Shown here: positions 10,355 through 21,402 of the stretch, in pieces
Layout: the number at the start of each line of letters is the position of its first letter
Position numbering within the stretch: position 1 is the first letter of the stretch
Source of the DNA: Calditrichaceae bacterium
Lineage (GTDB): Bacteria > Calditrichota > Calditrichia > Calditrichales > JBFXGD01
DNA length: 64,000 nt
Direction of reading: 5' to 3'
Assembly: GCA_050173015.1 (NCBI GenBank)
Contig: JBFXLE010000020.1
Coordinates: 1-64,000 of the forward strand
Position numbers and translations under genes: made by a program
The notes under the pieces: model-generated
Told to the model about the DNA's origin: nothing
Databases searched by the model: none
What the model saw: only the letters and a program-made list of their open reading frames with translations

Positions 10355-11374
10355 ATGCTTCATATAACCAACGGCGATCTTACCGCGAAATTGCTGCGCT
10401 GCGCGAATATGCCGGGAATCGTGCTTCCCTGGAAAGATATATTGCACGAGGGGCCGGTTCCCGGAAACCTGAGTTTAAATGAATTATCGGTGACCAGGGC
10501 AAAGTTTATCGCGGGAAACGGCTGGGGTAACTACCGAACGGTTCAACGGGATTTTAATAAACGCGATAATTTACTGACGCATTTTAAAGAACACGAAGAG
10601 GTTATATTCTGGTTTGATGACGATTTGTATGATCAGCTTCAGTTGCTTCAATTATTCGGATGGTTCAGGGGCAAAAATCTCAGACAGACAAAGCTGAGTA
10701 ACGCTACCATTCCGCGGGACATGAAACCAACCGATTTTAAACTGATCGGCCAGTTTTATCGTTCCAGAATTGATGTGACACCGGAACAACTGGAAACGGG
10801 ATATCAGGCCTGGTCCGCATTTACCGCCTCCGAACCGGGAGGAATGGAAGACTTGCTTGGCGCTGATACATCAGCCATGAGTTTTTTAAAGGACGCCATT
10901 CTCAGACTCCTGAAGCAGTTCCCATCCGCATCAAATGGCCTTTCATGCACGGAAAGACATATTCTGGAAATTGTGCTCGCGGGAAGGAATAACCCGGATG
11001 AGATATTTTCCGGCGCGCAGAGTAAAGAGCCCCGGCCATTCATGGGAGACTTGCCTTTCTGGTCTTATGTGCAGAATCTCACCATAGGCGCGCGTCCGTT
11101 ACTCAAAACATCAAACGATCAGCCCTTTCGTAACCCGTCCGAGTTGCCAAACGGCAACGGATACGGGAAGCAGCGTGTGTATATCACTCCCTTGGGCATT
11201 GAGGTTCTGCGCGGACAGGCGGATTGGATAGAGATCAATGGAATCAACCGTTGGATCGGCGGGATTCATCTTACAAAAGAGCGGTTTTGGCGCTGGAATG
11301 AGAACAGTGGGAAACTTATCCGGGATGGAAAAGCCGTATTGTCGGAAGGCCAAAATTTATCAAGTCCGCGATAA
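10355..11374 (+). CDS. DUF1835-like protein
   Basis: MLHITNGD start, W.D.LHEGPVP, WF..DLYDQLQL, C-terminal RWIGG. Confidence 0.75.
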   Translation: MLHITNGDLTAKLLRCANMPGIVLPWKDILHEGPVPGNLSLNELSVTRAKFIAGNGWGNYRTVQRDFNKRDNLLTHFKEHEEVIFWFDDDLYDQLQLLQLFGWFRGKNLRQTKLSNATIPRDMKPTDFKLIGQFYRSRIDVTPEQLETGYQAWSAFTASEPGGMEDLLGADTSAMSFLKDAILRLLKQFPSASNGLSCTERHILEIVLAGRNNPDEIFSGAQSKEPRPFMGDLPFWSYVQNLTIGARPLLKTSNDQPFRNPSELPNGNGYGKQRVYITPLGIEVLRGQADWIEINGINRWIGGIHLTKERFWRWNENSGKLIRDGKAVLSEGQNLSSPR

Positions 11375-11536
11375 AAAGTTACTGTAACTTTTCCGAATCG
11401 GAGACTCCGGTTCAAACTGTATTTCGTCCGGAAGTGATTTTTTTCAAATGACTGATACAGATAGAAGTAATTTTCCGGACTGATCAGCAAGATTTTTTCG
11501 TTTATCAGGTAAACTACCTATCAAAAGGGGGGATAT

Positions 11537-11890
11537 ATGGGAGCACCGGTTGTACACTTCGAGATAACAGGCAAGGATGTAAAGAAATTACAAAGCTTTT
11601 ACAGCGAGTTGTTTGACTGGAGGATCAATTCCGATAATCCCATGAATTATGGGATGATCGATGCCCAAACCGAGAAAAGTATCGGCGGTGGCATTGCGGA
11701 AGCAGCCAAAGGCAGCCCGAGTCACGCGACTTTTTATGTGGAAGTCGCCGATCCGCGTTTAGTGCTAAAAAAAGCGGAAAAAATGGGCGGTAAAATCGTG
11801 GTCCCGGTGACGGAAATACCCAATATGGTCACCTTCGCCATGTTCACCGATCCGGAGGGACATCTGATCGGACTTGTGAAAAGCATGTAA
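11537..11890 (+). CDS. VOC/glyoxalase family protein
   Basis: VVHFEI...FYSELFDW...FTDPEGHLIGL. Confidence 0.88.
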   Translation: MGAPVVHFEITGKDVKKLQSFYSELFDWRINSDNPMNYGMIDAQTEKSIGGGIAEAAKGSPSHATFYVEVADPRLVLKKAEKMGGKIVVPVTEIPNMVTFAMFTDPEGHLIGLVKSM

Positions 11891-11947
11891 GAATGTACCT
11901 GACTTTTCTGCATTGAAAATTGATTCTTAGCCCCGCGTTCTTTTTCT

Positions 11948-11978
11948 CAGCCGGTGGTTACGCGCCGGCTGTTTTTTT
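11948..11978 (+). terminator. intrinsic terminator
   Basis: cagccgg...ccggctg followed by T7. Confidence 0.75.
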
Positions 11979-12239
11979 CCGCTCTTAAATCGCCGATATT
12001 TGATTTAAATCCCGGTAGTTTTGACGAATTGATTTAACGCGAATAATGATATAATTTCATATCATTATTCTCTTTTGTCATAATACGGTGTTAATGATTT
12101 GTTTCAGACAGCATATTTTTGTTATGTTTCAAAGGTTGATTAATGTTATTTTGATTTTTTTTATTCATCTGCTGTTATCTGGTCTGCAAATGCGAGCGTG
12201 TAATTTTTGATGTTAATGATTCGCCGGAGGAGCAATGTC

Positions 12240-12770
12240 ATGAAATTGATTACTTTGATTATTTTATCGGTAATTTTTATTGGCTGCTCAAATACAACGG
12301 AAAGTCCTTCGCCGGAGTATGTCGAAGGTGATGTTGTCTTCGGCCTGCAGGATAGCGTCTCACTTGAAGAACTTGCCGATTATGTCTATACCTTAGATAA
12401 TATTTCAATAAGTGATGTTGTTTCATTCCAATATGATTCAGATCTTCCACAGGATAGTATGGAGACAATACAATCTGTTTTGGAAGCACAATCATATTTC
12501 AGGAGCGGAACCGTGAAGACATCCTGGTTGGAAACAGATTCAAAAATACTGGTAGAGTTTTGTATTCAGGACTTTGAATCTGAAGACAGAAACGACTGGG
12601 CGTTACAAACTGAACGGTTTCACTTAACGCATTCACCATATAAATACCAGGTCGGCTTATTTAAGGTTGATAAAGGAAAAGAGAGAGATTGGATAGATGT
12701 TCTGTCAGAGACTCTGCTTTTTCGCTATGTAGAATTAAACACCATAGGTCATATAACAACGGCTGACTGA
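12240..12770 (+). CDS. hypothetical lipoprotein
   Basis: signal peptide with lipobox FIGC; RBS GGAG upstream of ATG 12240. Confidence 0.65.
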   Translation: MKLITLIILSVIFIGCSNTTESPSPEYVEGDVVFGLQDSVSLEELADYVYTLDNISISDVVSFQYDSDLPQDSMETIQSVLEAQSYFRSGTVKTSWLETDSKILVEFCIQDFESEDRNDWALQTERFHLTHSPYKYQVGLFKVDKGKERDWIDVLSETLLFRYVELNTIGHITTAD

Positions 12771-12836
12771 CAAACGCCGGGTTGTAGGGATGTGACAGGC
12801 GGAGTCAGTGTCTAAATTGGAACAAAGAAAATAAGG

Positions 12837-13700
12837 ATGTTTATGGAAAGTTATGCCAGTATTGTTGTTTTTTATCTGTTCAGAGTCTGCGCCGTCACGC
12901 TAAGTCAGGTTTTTATTCTGCTCGGACCCGTTCTGATTTTATCATTAATTATGTATTATATATCGGATATACTTGAAAAAAAGTCTTTATCCGTTTTCGG
13001 TTATAATTTTCTGATCTATTTTACCGCCATTGGAGTCGCTGTTCATGAAATTGGGCACGCCGCCTTTGCTTTGATATTTAGACATAAGTTAACAGAAGTA
13101 AAGTTGTTTAGTCCAAATTTGGAATCTGGTTATTTGGGTTATGTTCGTCATACTTATAATAACCGGAATTTGTACCATAGAATAGGGAATTTTTTCATAG
13201 GTATCGGACCGATTCTTTTCGGGTCCATCGTTATTTATTATTCTTCAAAATTCCTGGTGGGGAACCATTTGTTTATGCCGTTAAGCGATTTATCCATAAA
13301 TACATCCACGCCAGGCTCGACCGAAAATGCATGGATCTTTATCAGGGAAGTTTATTTTAATGTATTGCAGGTATTCACCCTATTGATTGATCCCGAAAGG
13401 TTGTCTGATTGGAAATTTTACGTTTTCCTATATCTGGTTTTCGCGGTCGGATCGAACATAAAACTGAGCCCTCCGGATATAAAAGGCGCGTGGGCGGGAT
13501 TCAGCACCCTTGTCGTTTTGATTCTTGTGTTAAATTTAATAACACTTTGGATGGGTGACCTGGCCACCAGGTATATCATTCTGATAAGTCAAACATACAG
13601 TTTCTTTTACGCTATCATGATATTTACGGCAATTCTGAGTATCGCGTTTATTCTGTTTTTTACAATTCTCAAGGTCATAAAGGGAGCGATAATCAGGTAG
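12837..13700 (+). CDS. integral membrane protein with HExxH motif (M50-like metalloprotease)
   Basis: HEIGH inside a hydrophobic segment, GYVRH, IGIGP, LSPPD. Confidence 0.6.
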   Translation: MFMESYASIVVFYLFRVCAVTLSQVFILLGPVLILSLIMYYISDILEKKSLSVFGYNFLIYFTAIGVAVHEIGHAAFALIFRHKLTEVKLFSPNLESGYLGYVRHTYNNRNLYHRIGNFFIGIGPILFGSIVIYYSSKFLVGNHLFMPLSDLSINTSTPGSTENAWIFIREVYFNVLQVFTLLIDPERLSDWKFYVFLYLVFAVGSNIKLSPPDIKGAWAGFSTLVVLILVLNLITLWMGDLATRYIILISQTYSFFYAIMIFTAILSIAFILFFTILKVIKGAIIR

Positions 13701-13740
13701 TTTTTTTATCCCGGATGTTCATTCGGATCCGGATAAAATA
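13701..13740. terminator. probable bidirectional terminator between convergent genes
   Basis: ttttatcc...ggataaaa inverted repeat flanked by T/A runs. Confidence 0.5.
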
Positions 13741-13813
13741 ACCGGGCTGAATTGAGGCGGCGCCGTCGAAATACTATCCCTCCATTAACATTGCCGCCGG
13801 GCTCGAAACCTGT

Positions 13814-15523
13814 TCATTCCGTTTTAGTAAACTCAAGCGTCACTTTCCCGATTTCATTGTTCAGTATAAATCCGGTGATTTTGTTTTCCGCGTCACGCTT
13901 AAATTCGATCATCATATAGGGAATACTGAACTGATCATTCATAATGTGAATCATCTTTGCCGGGATTTCCATTTTTATAAATTCGGGAAATTTAGGAAGA
14001 CCAAGATACAATTCACCATCCTCCATCGTCACGGGATATGTCATTTGTATTTCATCGCTGAAATATTTACCGGTGTAAATCATTTTATCCGCTTCGGTAA
14101 GATTTTGGGGTTCCAGTTTTGACGCGGTCATTTCGCGGCCGCCCTGATGCCATTCAAGTTTAGATACCCGGTCGTTTTCATCACGCAGAAAGATACCCTG
14201 CGCGTCTGCGACTTTTAGAGTAAATTTATTTTCCGATTCCGGGAAAAATTCAAAGGCGGGCTGACCGGTCGCTTGTCCGAAAAGCTGGCCGTTTTTATGT
14301 GTGACGGTCATGATAAATCCGCCGCCAAAATCATACCGGCCGGCATAGTCGTCATAGACTTTTTTATCAAATTCAGGTTCCGGCTGATCCGTTTTAACCG
14401 CCGTGTTGGATTGATCAACCGGTTTTGGTTCGTTCGCCTCCATCTGATCAGATAAATAGAGTTCCGCGATTTGCCTGGTTAGTTTGTTGGCGTTTATATT
14501 CCCGAGATTTGAAAGAATAATTACTGATAAATTCTGACCCGGGAAGCGCAGATAATGGGCTTTAAATCCACCTGTAAAACCGCCGTGTTCGGCGATATCG
14601 AGGCCCCGGTATTTTTTGATCAGCAGGCCGAGAGCGTAATCGATCGTTTCGCCATTATTCAAGAGTCCTTGACGGTACATTTTTTTTGTAAAATCGCTTC
14701 CGCCGATTTTATTGGCGCTGAAATTTGAGTCCCATAAAATCATATCGTCAATGGTTGTGCACACCCCACCGTCGCCCACAATATTTCCTGCAAATGAATG
14801 TTCTTCCGTGTATTCATGTTTGTTTTTTGCGATATAGCCGGTGGCAAGATTTTTCTGATTAAGGTCAGGATTGTCAAATATAAAAGAATGATTCATACCC
14901 AGCGGTTTAAATATGTTTTTGGAAACGAATTGGGGTAAGGTCATGCCGCTAACGCGTTTCACAATTAATCCGGCCAGGAAATATCCGGAGTTGCTGTAGT
15001 AATATTCATCTCCGGGAGTAAAGTTGAGCTGCCTCTGCCGGGTGATCAGGTCGAAGATGCTATTTTCGGTGAGTGTTCCCTCCGCGGCGCTACCCGTTAG
15101 CACCGTCAGCCAGTCATAATCGGTTATACCGCTTGTATGATTAAGCAAATGGCGGATAGTAATAGACGCGCCGTAGTCAGGGAATTCCGGAATATACTTT
15201 CTTATATCATCTTCAAGTGAAATTTTTCCCTGCTCCTCCAGCAAAACCAGGGAAGCAGCCGTAAACTGCTTGGAGAGCGAACCGATATTAAAAACAGTAT
15301 TGATTTGATCGGGCAGTTTATTTTCCAGGTTCATCATCCCGTATGCTTTTTTATGAGCGACTTTGCCGTCAAGGATAACGGCGATAACACCACCCGGAGC
15401 GTCAGGTTTTAGCCATTGTCCCGCCAGTGAATCGATTTGGGATGAGACGGAATTCTGAGAAAAAACGGACTCTGACAGGATAAGGATCAGAGCAAGCGTG
15501 GTGAACAGTTTCATCGGTTTCAT
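13814..15523 (-). CDS. serine hydrolase (beta-lactamase/class C-like) with C-terminal DUF3471-like domain
   Basis: GSLSK SxxK motif, LLNHTSG, YSN, HGG; signal peptide. Confidence 0.88.
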   Translation of the reverse strand: MKPMKLFTTLALILILSESVFSQNSVSSQIDSLAGQWLKPDAPGGVIAVILDGKVAHKKAYGMMNLENKLPDQINTVFNIGSLSKQFTAASLVLLEEQGKISLEDDIRKYIPEFPDYGASITIRHLLNHTSGITDYDWLTVLTGSAAEGTLTENSIFDLITRQRQLNFTPGDEYYYSNSGYFLAGLIVKRVSGMTLPQFVSKNIFKPLGMNHSFIFDNPDLNQKNLATGYIAKNKHEYTEEHSFAGNIVGDGGVCTTIDDMILWDSNFSANKIGGSDFTKKMYRQGLLNNGETIDYALGLLIKKYRGLDIAEHGGFTGGFKAHYLRFPGQNLSVIILSNLGNINANKLTRQIAELYLSDQMEANEPKPVDQSNTAVKTDQPEPEFDKKVYDDYAGRYDFGGGFIMTVTHKNGQLFGQATGQPAFEFFPESENKFTLKVADAQGIFLRDENDRVSKLEWHQGGREMTASKLEPQNLTEADKMIYTGKYFSDEIQMTYPVTMEDGELYLGLPKFPEFIKMEIPAKMIHIMNDQFSIPYMMIEFKRDAENKITGFILNNEIGKVTLEFTKTE

Positions 15524-15583
15524 TTTTTTCCTTTGTAATTTTTATAAATACATCCTGAGTGTAAATAAATTCACAATCATATT

Positions 15584-15608
15584 GACGTATATATTGTTCC
15601 GGAGTTGC
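15584..15608 (-). promoter_or_regulatory. putative ECF-sigma promoter
   Basis: minus strand GCAAC-N16-CGTC about 60 bp upstream of the serine hydrolase start. Confidence 0.45.
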
Positions 15609-15703
15609 GTTTATCCGGGCTGATTAATTAAAATTTTTGATCTTTGTATTAAAATATTGGATATTATAATCACCTGAAGCCAAACATACCCGGGGAGAAA
15701 CAA

Positions 15704-16240
15704 ATGTGGCGCAAAATGATTCTCATTTTAATGATTGCCGGTTTGGTTTCCTGTAAAAATGAACCGGCGGATATTCGTCCAAATAATTATGGCGTTTTTT
15801 CCTTTGAGCAGCAATTGACATTGCCGGGCACCCCTGAATTAGTTTTTGACGCCATCACCGGTGATATCAGCGAATGGTGGGATCATTCATTTTCAGAAAC
15901 GCCGTTGAAATTTTATATTGATCCTAAACCGGGCGGCGGATTTTATGAAATTTTCGACGAAAGCGGAGACGGCGTGCTGCACGCTACGGTTATCTATGCC
16001 GAACGGGGTAAAGCGCTAAGATTCGACGGACCGCTGGGACTGTCCGGGAAAGCCGTTCAGATGGTGACAACATATAGGTTCGAATCCGCGGGGCAGGACT
16101 CTACCGCGCTGAATGTATCCGTTCATGTAGCGGGTGAAGTCGAAGATGGCCTTCCGGAGACGGTTAAAGCGGTCTGGCATCATTTTATTTTTGAGAGATT
16201 TAAACCATTCATGGAAGCTGTTTATCAAAAATCCCGTTAA
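15704..16240 (+). CDS. SRPBCC/AHSA1-like lipoprotein
   Basis: VFDAITGDISEWW, PKPGGGFYE, GPLGL; lipobox LVSC. Confidence 0.7.
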   Translation: MWRKMILILMIAGLVSCKNEPADIRPNNYGVFSFEQQLTLPGTPELVFDAITGDISEWWDHSFSETPLKFYIDPKPGGGFYEIFDESGDGVLHATVIYAERGKALRFDGPLGLSGKAVQMVTTYRFESAGQDSTALNVSVHVAGEVEDGLPETVKAVWHHFIFERFKPFMEAVYQKSR

Positions 16241-16449
16241 TCCGGTATCGATATTTTTATCCCGGTAATTTTTTTCCCTATATTAATGTGATAAAAATTT
16301 TACAAATAATAAAATAATACTTAATAAAAAATAGATACGGCCGAATACGATTTATATATAGCTACAAAACAGATTATGTTATTCGAATGCCTTACCGTTG
16401 GTTTAAGTTGCTGTTTGTGTGAAAAGAGAATATAATTCAGAGAGGGATT

Positions 16450-16866
16450 ATGGGGGATCAGCAGGACGACCGAAGAAAATATCAGAGATATGTATGCGCT
16501 ATCGATGAAGGGGTGCACGGACGCTTTACTTTTTCTCCGGAACGAAAAGAACTGTTTACAGCCTATATCTTTAACATTAGCCTGGGCGGCATGTATTTTT
16601 CGGTTAGAAATGATCAGAAAAATAAATTTAAAAAAGGCGATATACTAACGTTTGTTGAAATAAAGAAAAGCGGTTCACAGAATTATTTGATAAATGTCGA
16701 GGCCGAAATTATATGGATGTTAAATCATCATTTCCTTAATCATATGGGTCTGGGATGCAAATTTCTAAAGATTTCGGATAACAGTAAAGACCAGATATCA
16801 AAATTTATTGAATCCTGTTCAATCGCAAAGAATAAACCAATTATGCTAAACCACGATAGTTTATAA
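16450..16866 (+). CDS. PilZ domain protein
   Basis: RRKYQR (RxxxR) and NISLGG (D/NxSxxG) motifs. Confidence 0.8.
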   Translation: MGDQQDDRRKYQRYVCAIDEGVHGRFTFSPERKELFTAYIFNISLGGMYFSVRNDQKNKFKKGDILTFVEIKKSGSQNYLINVEAEIIWMLNHHFLNHMGLGCKFLKISDNSKDQISKFIESCSIAKNKPIMLNHDSL

Positions 16867-16872
16867 AAAATA

Positions 16873-17361
16873 ATGCAATTAAATCTTCAATCTTTTGAAA
16901 AAACGCTTGACCAGACCGGGAAAAAATTACTGGAAATTCCGGTTGAAATCAGTGGTTTGCATCCAGCGGCTGATAAATGGTCAGCAAAAGAGATTCTGGG
17001 GCATTTAATTGATTCCGCATCAAACAATCATCACCGATTTGTGCATGCCCAATTTTCTGATGATCTTATTTTTCCCGGTTATGATCAAAATGCGTGGGTT
17101 CGCGCGCAAAATTATCAGAACGCGTCCTGGGTTTCACTTATATCTCTTTGGAAATCATATAACCTGCATATTATACATCTTGTATCTCAGATACCGGACG
17201 AAATTCTACTAAAGAAACGGTACAATCATAATTTGGATAAAATTGCATGGAAGACCGTTCCCAAAAATAATCAGGTCACTCTCCAATATTTTATAAATGA
17301 TTATTTTGAGCATATGAATCATCATATTAATCAAATTATTGATTTGGTGAGTACTTTGTAA
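16873..17361 (+). CDS. DinB family protein
   Basis: KWSAKEILGHLIDSA, YDQNAWV, HMNHH. Confidence 0.85.
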   Translation: MQLNLQSFEKTLDQTGKKLLEIPVEISGLHPAADKWSAKEILGHLIDSASNNHHRFVHAQFSDDLIFPGYDQNAWVRAQNYQNASWVSLISLWKSYNLHIIHLVSQIPDEILLKKRYNHNLDKIAWKTVPKNNQVTLQYFINDYFEHMNHHINQIIDLVSTL

Positions 17362-17968
17362 CTTTTCATCACGAATCCGTCGGGCAAGAATAAACAACGG
17401 ATGAACATAATTCTAAAATCATTTATTAAGATACCTCTCATCTCGATCAAAAAATTTTAAATCCCCCATTTTTTTGTTGACAAAGTACATCGATCTTTTT
17501 ATACTTTCTGGTAAGTTGTCAATAACCAACTTGTGAATAGCGTTAACTTGTTTACTGATTTACTGATGGTCACAGATCTTTCCTTCAATCTGCCGGATTT
17601 AGGGAAAGTTCATATAGAATCGGCAAAAGAATGTCCTTGAAAAAGTAATTCTGAGTGGGTTTACTATAGCGGAATACATGGCCATAAAAATTGAAATTGA
17701 TTTTTATAAATAAAAAAATTACAGTTATTGTGGATTTTTTTCTGCCCCAACAGGGAAGTCAAATCAAAAAAGGAGTTTTGCCAATAATTACACATTGACA
17801 AAATAAGTCCTTCATACGGTTAATCAGTGAATTTTATTTTTCAAATATCATTCCAAATTTAATTCCTGAGAGCATCTCCGTTTTTCGGACAAGCATGTTC
17901 ATCAATGTGCTCTTTTAAGATGTTTATTCAAAATTACTAAAATAATAACAACTAAGGAGAATTTCCTA

Positions 17969-20900
17969 ATGTCAGTTTCTACCCCAAACCTGACGAGATG
18001 GTTCCTTTTTCTCTCTACCATGCTGTTTCTGTCAGTAAACCTCTATGCTCAGGGTGTTACCACATCATCAATGAGCGGTATCGTGATGGATGTTCACGGA
18101 GAAGCTCTTGCCGGAGCTACAGTGATCGCTGTCCATGAGCCAACCGGTACCGAATACGGTGTGTCCACCCGTGTGGATGGACGTTATAACCTGCAGAACG
18201 TAAGAGTAGGTGGTCCTTATCATATTACTGTCACCTACGTTGGATATAAAGAGCAGGAGCTAACTGATATCCATCTGAGTCTGGGTCAGGAAATGAAAAT
18301 CGATTTTAATTTACAAGAGCAGGCATTCGAGGGCGAAGCCATCGTTGTAACAGCTGATAAGGATAACATCCTGAGCAGTGACCGCAACGGAGCATCAACC
18401 GTCATTTCAAGCCAGAAAATTGATCAGATGCCGACAATATCCAGAAGTACCGGTGACCTGACAAGACTAACGCCACAAAACGACGGCAACAGCTATGGCG
18501 GAAGAAATGTACTCTATAATAACTTTTCGCTGGACGGTTCGATTTTTAACAACCCATTTGGTTTGGATAGTCCTGTTCCGGGCGGACAAACCAATGCGCA
18601 GCCGGTAAGTTTGGATGCGATTGATCAGATCCAGGTTTCATTAGCGCCCTTTGACGTTCGGCAGGGTGGTTTTACCGGCGCCGGCGTTAATTCTGTTACA
18701 AAAAGCGGTACCAATGAGTTTACAGGATCCGCATATACTTTTACAAGAAATGAAGGAATGATTGGTGATGAAGTCAGCGGAACGACCGTGACTAATCCTG
18801 ATTTAAGCTACAATCAATCCGGTTTCAGAATTGGCGGACCACTCATAAAGAATAAACTCTTCTTCTTTGTAAACGGAGAAATCGAAAGAAGAGAAGATCC
18901 GGGTTCAAATTATGTCGCTTCGCGTCCCGGTTTATCCGGCTCCAATGTTTCCAATGTGTTAGCGTCCGATCTGGATGTGGTCAGTGAAACTCTAAAAGAT
19001 GTTTATGGATATGAAACCGGTGCTTATGAAAACTATATCCATGAAACGCAAAATGATAAATTCCTTGCTAAGCTTGATTGGAATATCAATGCGAATCACA
19101 GCGCGAGTTTGCGTTATAATTACCTTAGTTCATGGAGAGATGTACTTCCTCACCCGGCTATTTCTACAAGCGGAAGAGGTCCGGATAAAAACGCTCTCCC
19201 TTTTGAGAATACCAGCTATATCATAAATAATGACATTAATTCGGTTGTAGGTGAATTAAACAGCCGGTTCGGAAACAAGTATTCCAATCACCTGCAGTTT
19301 GGTTATACCTCTTTTAGAGATTATCGTGACAGTAAAAGCGCGCCTTTCCCGTCTGTTGATATCGAAAAAGAAGGCAGAACCTACATTTCTTTCGGTCTGG
19401 AAAGATTTTCAACCAATAACCTGTTAGATCAGGATGTATTTCAGTTGACCGACAATTTCAATGTGTATCATGGTGATCACCTGCTTACAATCGGTACTCA
19501 CTATGAGTTGTTCAAATTCAATAATTCATTCAACCTGTTCTATTATCCGGGATATACATACTCTTCTGTCGAAGATTTCTTGTCTCATACAGATCCGAAC
19601 GATCCGGATAATTTTCATGATTTTAACGCTGACGTAGAAAATTCCAATCAAAATCCATTTAAAATGGATGAAACCGATGTCGCTCAGCTCGCCTTCTATA
19701 TTCAGGACGAATGGCAGTTCTCTAACCGCCTGATGCTGTCAATTGGTATGCGTACCGATATGCCTATTTACTACACGGATGTTCCGAAAAACTCTGTCAT
19801 TGAATCATATGACTGGGTCGATGAAAACGGCAATCCGGCGGAAGTTGACGTAAGTAAATTGCCAGATTCAACACCGCTGCTTTCACCGCGTGTTGGATTT
19901 AACTGGGATGCGACCGGCGACAGAAGCACTCAGCTCCGTGGTGGTACAGGTGTTTTTACGGGAAGAATTCCATTTGTGTGGGTTGGAAATCAGGTCGCCA
20001 ACAGTACAATTACGCCTTACTATACTTTCCAGGTAAACGCTACTTCCGAGGATTTTAAATTTCCACAGGTCTGGAAAACAGATCTCGCCGTGGATAAAGA
20101 ATTGCCATGGGGAATGGTTGGTACAGTTGAAGCGATCTACAGCAAAGACATTAACGCGGTCGTTCACAGAAATTATAATATGCCGCAACCGACAGAACAT
20201 GCTCAGGGAGCGGACAACAGAGAAATTTTCGCCGCGCCAACAGCAGAAAATCCCGAACCGTTTAAGGTTAACACTATCGTGGACGGAAGCTATCTTGATG
20301 CCGGCGCGATTGTTCTTGACAATACCGATGAAGGCTATCAGTTTAGCTTTACGACACAGTTGAGAAAAACGTTTACCAATGGTTTGTTCACAAGTATCGC
20401 TTATAATTACGGACTTTCAAAAGACCTGACAAGCAGCCGTGGTGAAATCGCTGCGGATGCCTTCCAGCAGAACCCGGTTGTCGGAGATCCGAATGATCCT
20501 GAATTAAGCTATTCCGATTATGGCCTGACTCACCGGTTTGTAGGTGTTTTGTCCTATAAAAAAGAATACAAGAAAAATTTTGCCACCAGTGTCGCTGTGT
20601 TCTTCGAAGCTGCTCAGGGTGACCGTTTCTCCTATACCTACGCGGGTGATATGAACCGTGACGGTATCTCCGGTAACGATTTGATTTATGTTCCAAAAGA
20701 TCAAAGCGAAATCAATCTTGTACCGACAGACGCCACAGATACAAGAACGGAAGGTCAGATCTGGGATCAGTTGAACGCGTACATCAATCAGGATGATTAT
20801 CTGAAAGACCGCCGTGGTGACTATGCCGAAAGAAACGGCGCCTTGTCCCCCTGGTACACTCAGATGGATTTGAGAATTTTACAGGATTTCTATGTAAATA

Positions 20901-21154
20901 TTGGCGGAAAGAAAAATACTTTCCAGCTGAGTCTGGATATTCTGAATGTGGCTAATCTGATTAATTCCGACTGGGGTGTTCGTGAAATTAAAAGCACAGA
21001 AAATCCACTTTCATTTGAAGGATATAATGAAGCCGGTGAACCGGTTTATAGCTTCCCGCTTTACGGTGGTGAGCCATTGTCCGATTCATTCAATGATGAT
21101 ACCAGTCTTGATTCAAGATGGAGAGCTCAGATCGGTCTCCGTTATATTTTCTAA
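17969..21154 (+). CDS. TonB-dependent receptor with N-terminal carboxypeptidase-regulatory-like domain (Oar-like)
   Basis: LAGATVIAVHEPTGT N-domain, plug FDVRQGGFTGAGVN.VTKSGTN, C-terminal GLRYIF. Confidence 0.9.
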   Translation: MSVSTPNLTRWFLFLSTMLFLSVNLYAQGVTTSSMSGIVMDVHGEALAGATVIAVHEPTGTEYGVSTRVDGRYNLQNVRVGGPYHITVTYVGYKEQELTDIHLSLGQEMKIDFNLQEQAFEGEAIVVTADKDNILSSDRNGASTVISSQKIDQMPTISRSTGDLTRLTPQNDGNSYGGRNVLYNNFSLDGSIFNNPFGLDSPVPGGQTNAQPVSLDAIDQIQVSLAPFDVRQGGFTGAGVNSVTKSGTNEFTGSAYTFTRNEGMIGDEVSGTTVTNPDLSYNQSGFRIGGPLIKNKLFFFVNGEIERREDPGSNYVASRPGLSGSNVSNVLASDLDVVSETLKDVYGYETGAYENYIHETQNDKFLAKLDWNINANHSASLRYNYLSSWRDVLPHPAISTSGRGPDKNALPFENTSYIINNDINSVVGELNSRFGNKYSNHLQFGYTSFRDYRDSKSAPFPSVDIEKEGRTYISFGLERFSTNNLLDQDVFQLTDNFNVYHGDHLLTIGTHYELFKFNNSFNLFYYPGYTYSSVEDFLSHTDPNDPDNFHDFNADVENSNQNPFKMDETDVAQLAFYIQDEWQFSNRLMLSIGMRTDMPIYYTDVPKNSVIESYDWVDENGNPAEVDVSKLPDSTPLLSPRVGFNWDATGDRSTQLRGGTGVFTGRIPFVWVGNQVANSTITPYYTFQVNATSEDFKFPQVWKTDLAVDKELPWGMVGTVEAIYSKDINAVVHRNYNMPQPTEHAQGADNREIFAAPTAENPEPFKVNTIVDGSYLDAGAIVLDNTDEGYQFSFTTQLRKTFTNGLFTSIAYNYGLSKDLTSSRGEIAADAFQQNPVVGDPNDPELSYSDYGLTHRFVGVLSYKKEYKKNFATSVAVFFEAAQGDRFSYTYAGDMNRDGISGNDLIYVPKDQSEINLVPTDATDTRTEGQIWDQLNAYINQDDYLKDRRGDYAERNGALSPWYTQMDLRILQDFYVNIGGKKNTFQLSLDILNVANLINSDWGVREIKSTENPLSFEGYNEAGEPVYSFPLYGGEPLSDSFNDDTSLDSRWRAQIGLRYIF

Positions 21155-21166
21155 ATTTTACGATAG

Positions 21167-21259
21167 CCGGTGGATAATTTAAACATTTATTCACCGGATT
21201 TTATTCTCACACACGAAGCGGAACATGCTTTCAGAAATGAAGGCGTCTTCCGCTTTTTT
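21167..21259 (+). terminator. two tandem hairpins/terminators after TBDR
   Basis: ccggtggataa...ttattcaccgg+T and aagcggaa...ttccgc+T6. Confidence 0.6.
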
Positions 21260-21402
21260 ATTTTATTTGCAATCACATGGACGAAGCGAACATTTGAATT
21301 TGTTTTTTTTCATTCCGGCCGATATTTTAATAATCACTTTGAAGTTATTCGCATTTACATTAAATAAAACAAACCTGTGTTTTATAAATAATAAGGAAAA
21401 AA

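Noticed and set aside
11374-11392. AAAAGTTAC-T-GTAACTTTT palindrome
   Set aside because: Single AT-rich palindrome at a gene end with a 1-nt centre; no second copy or assignable regulator.
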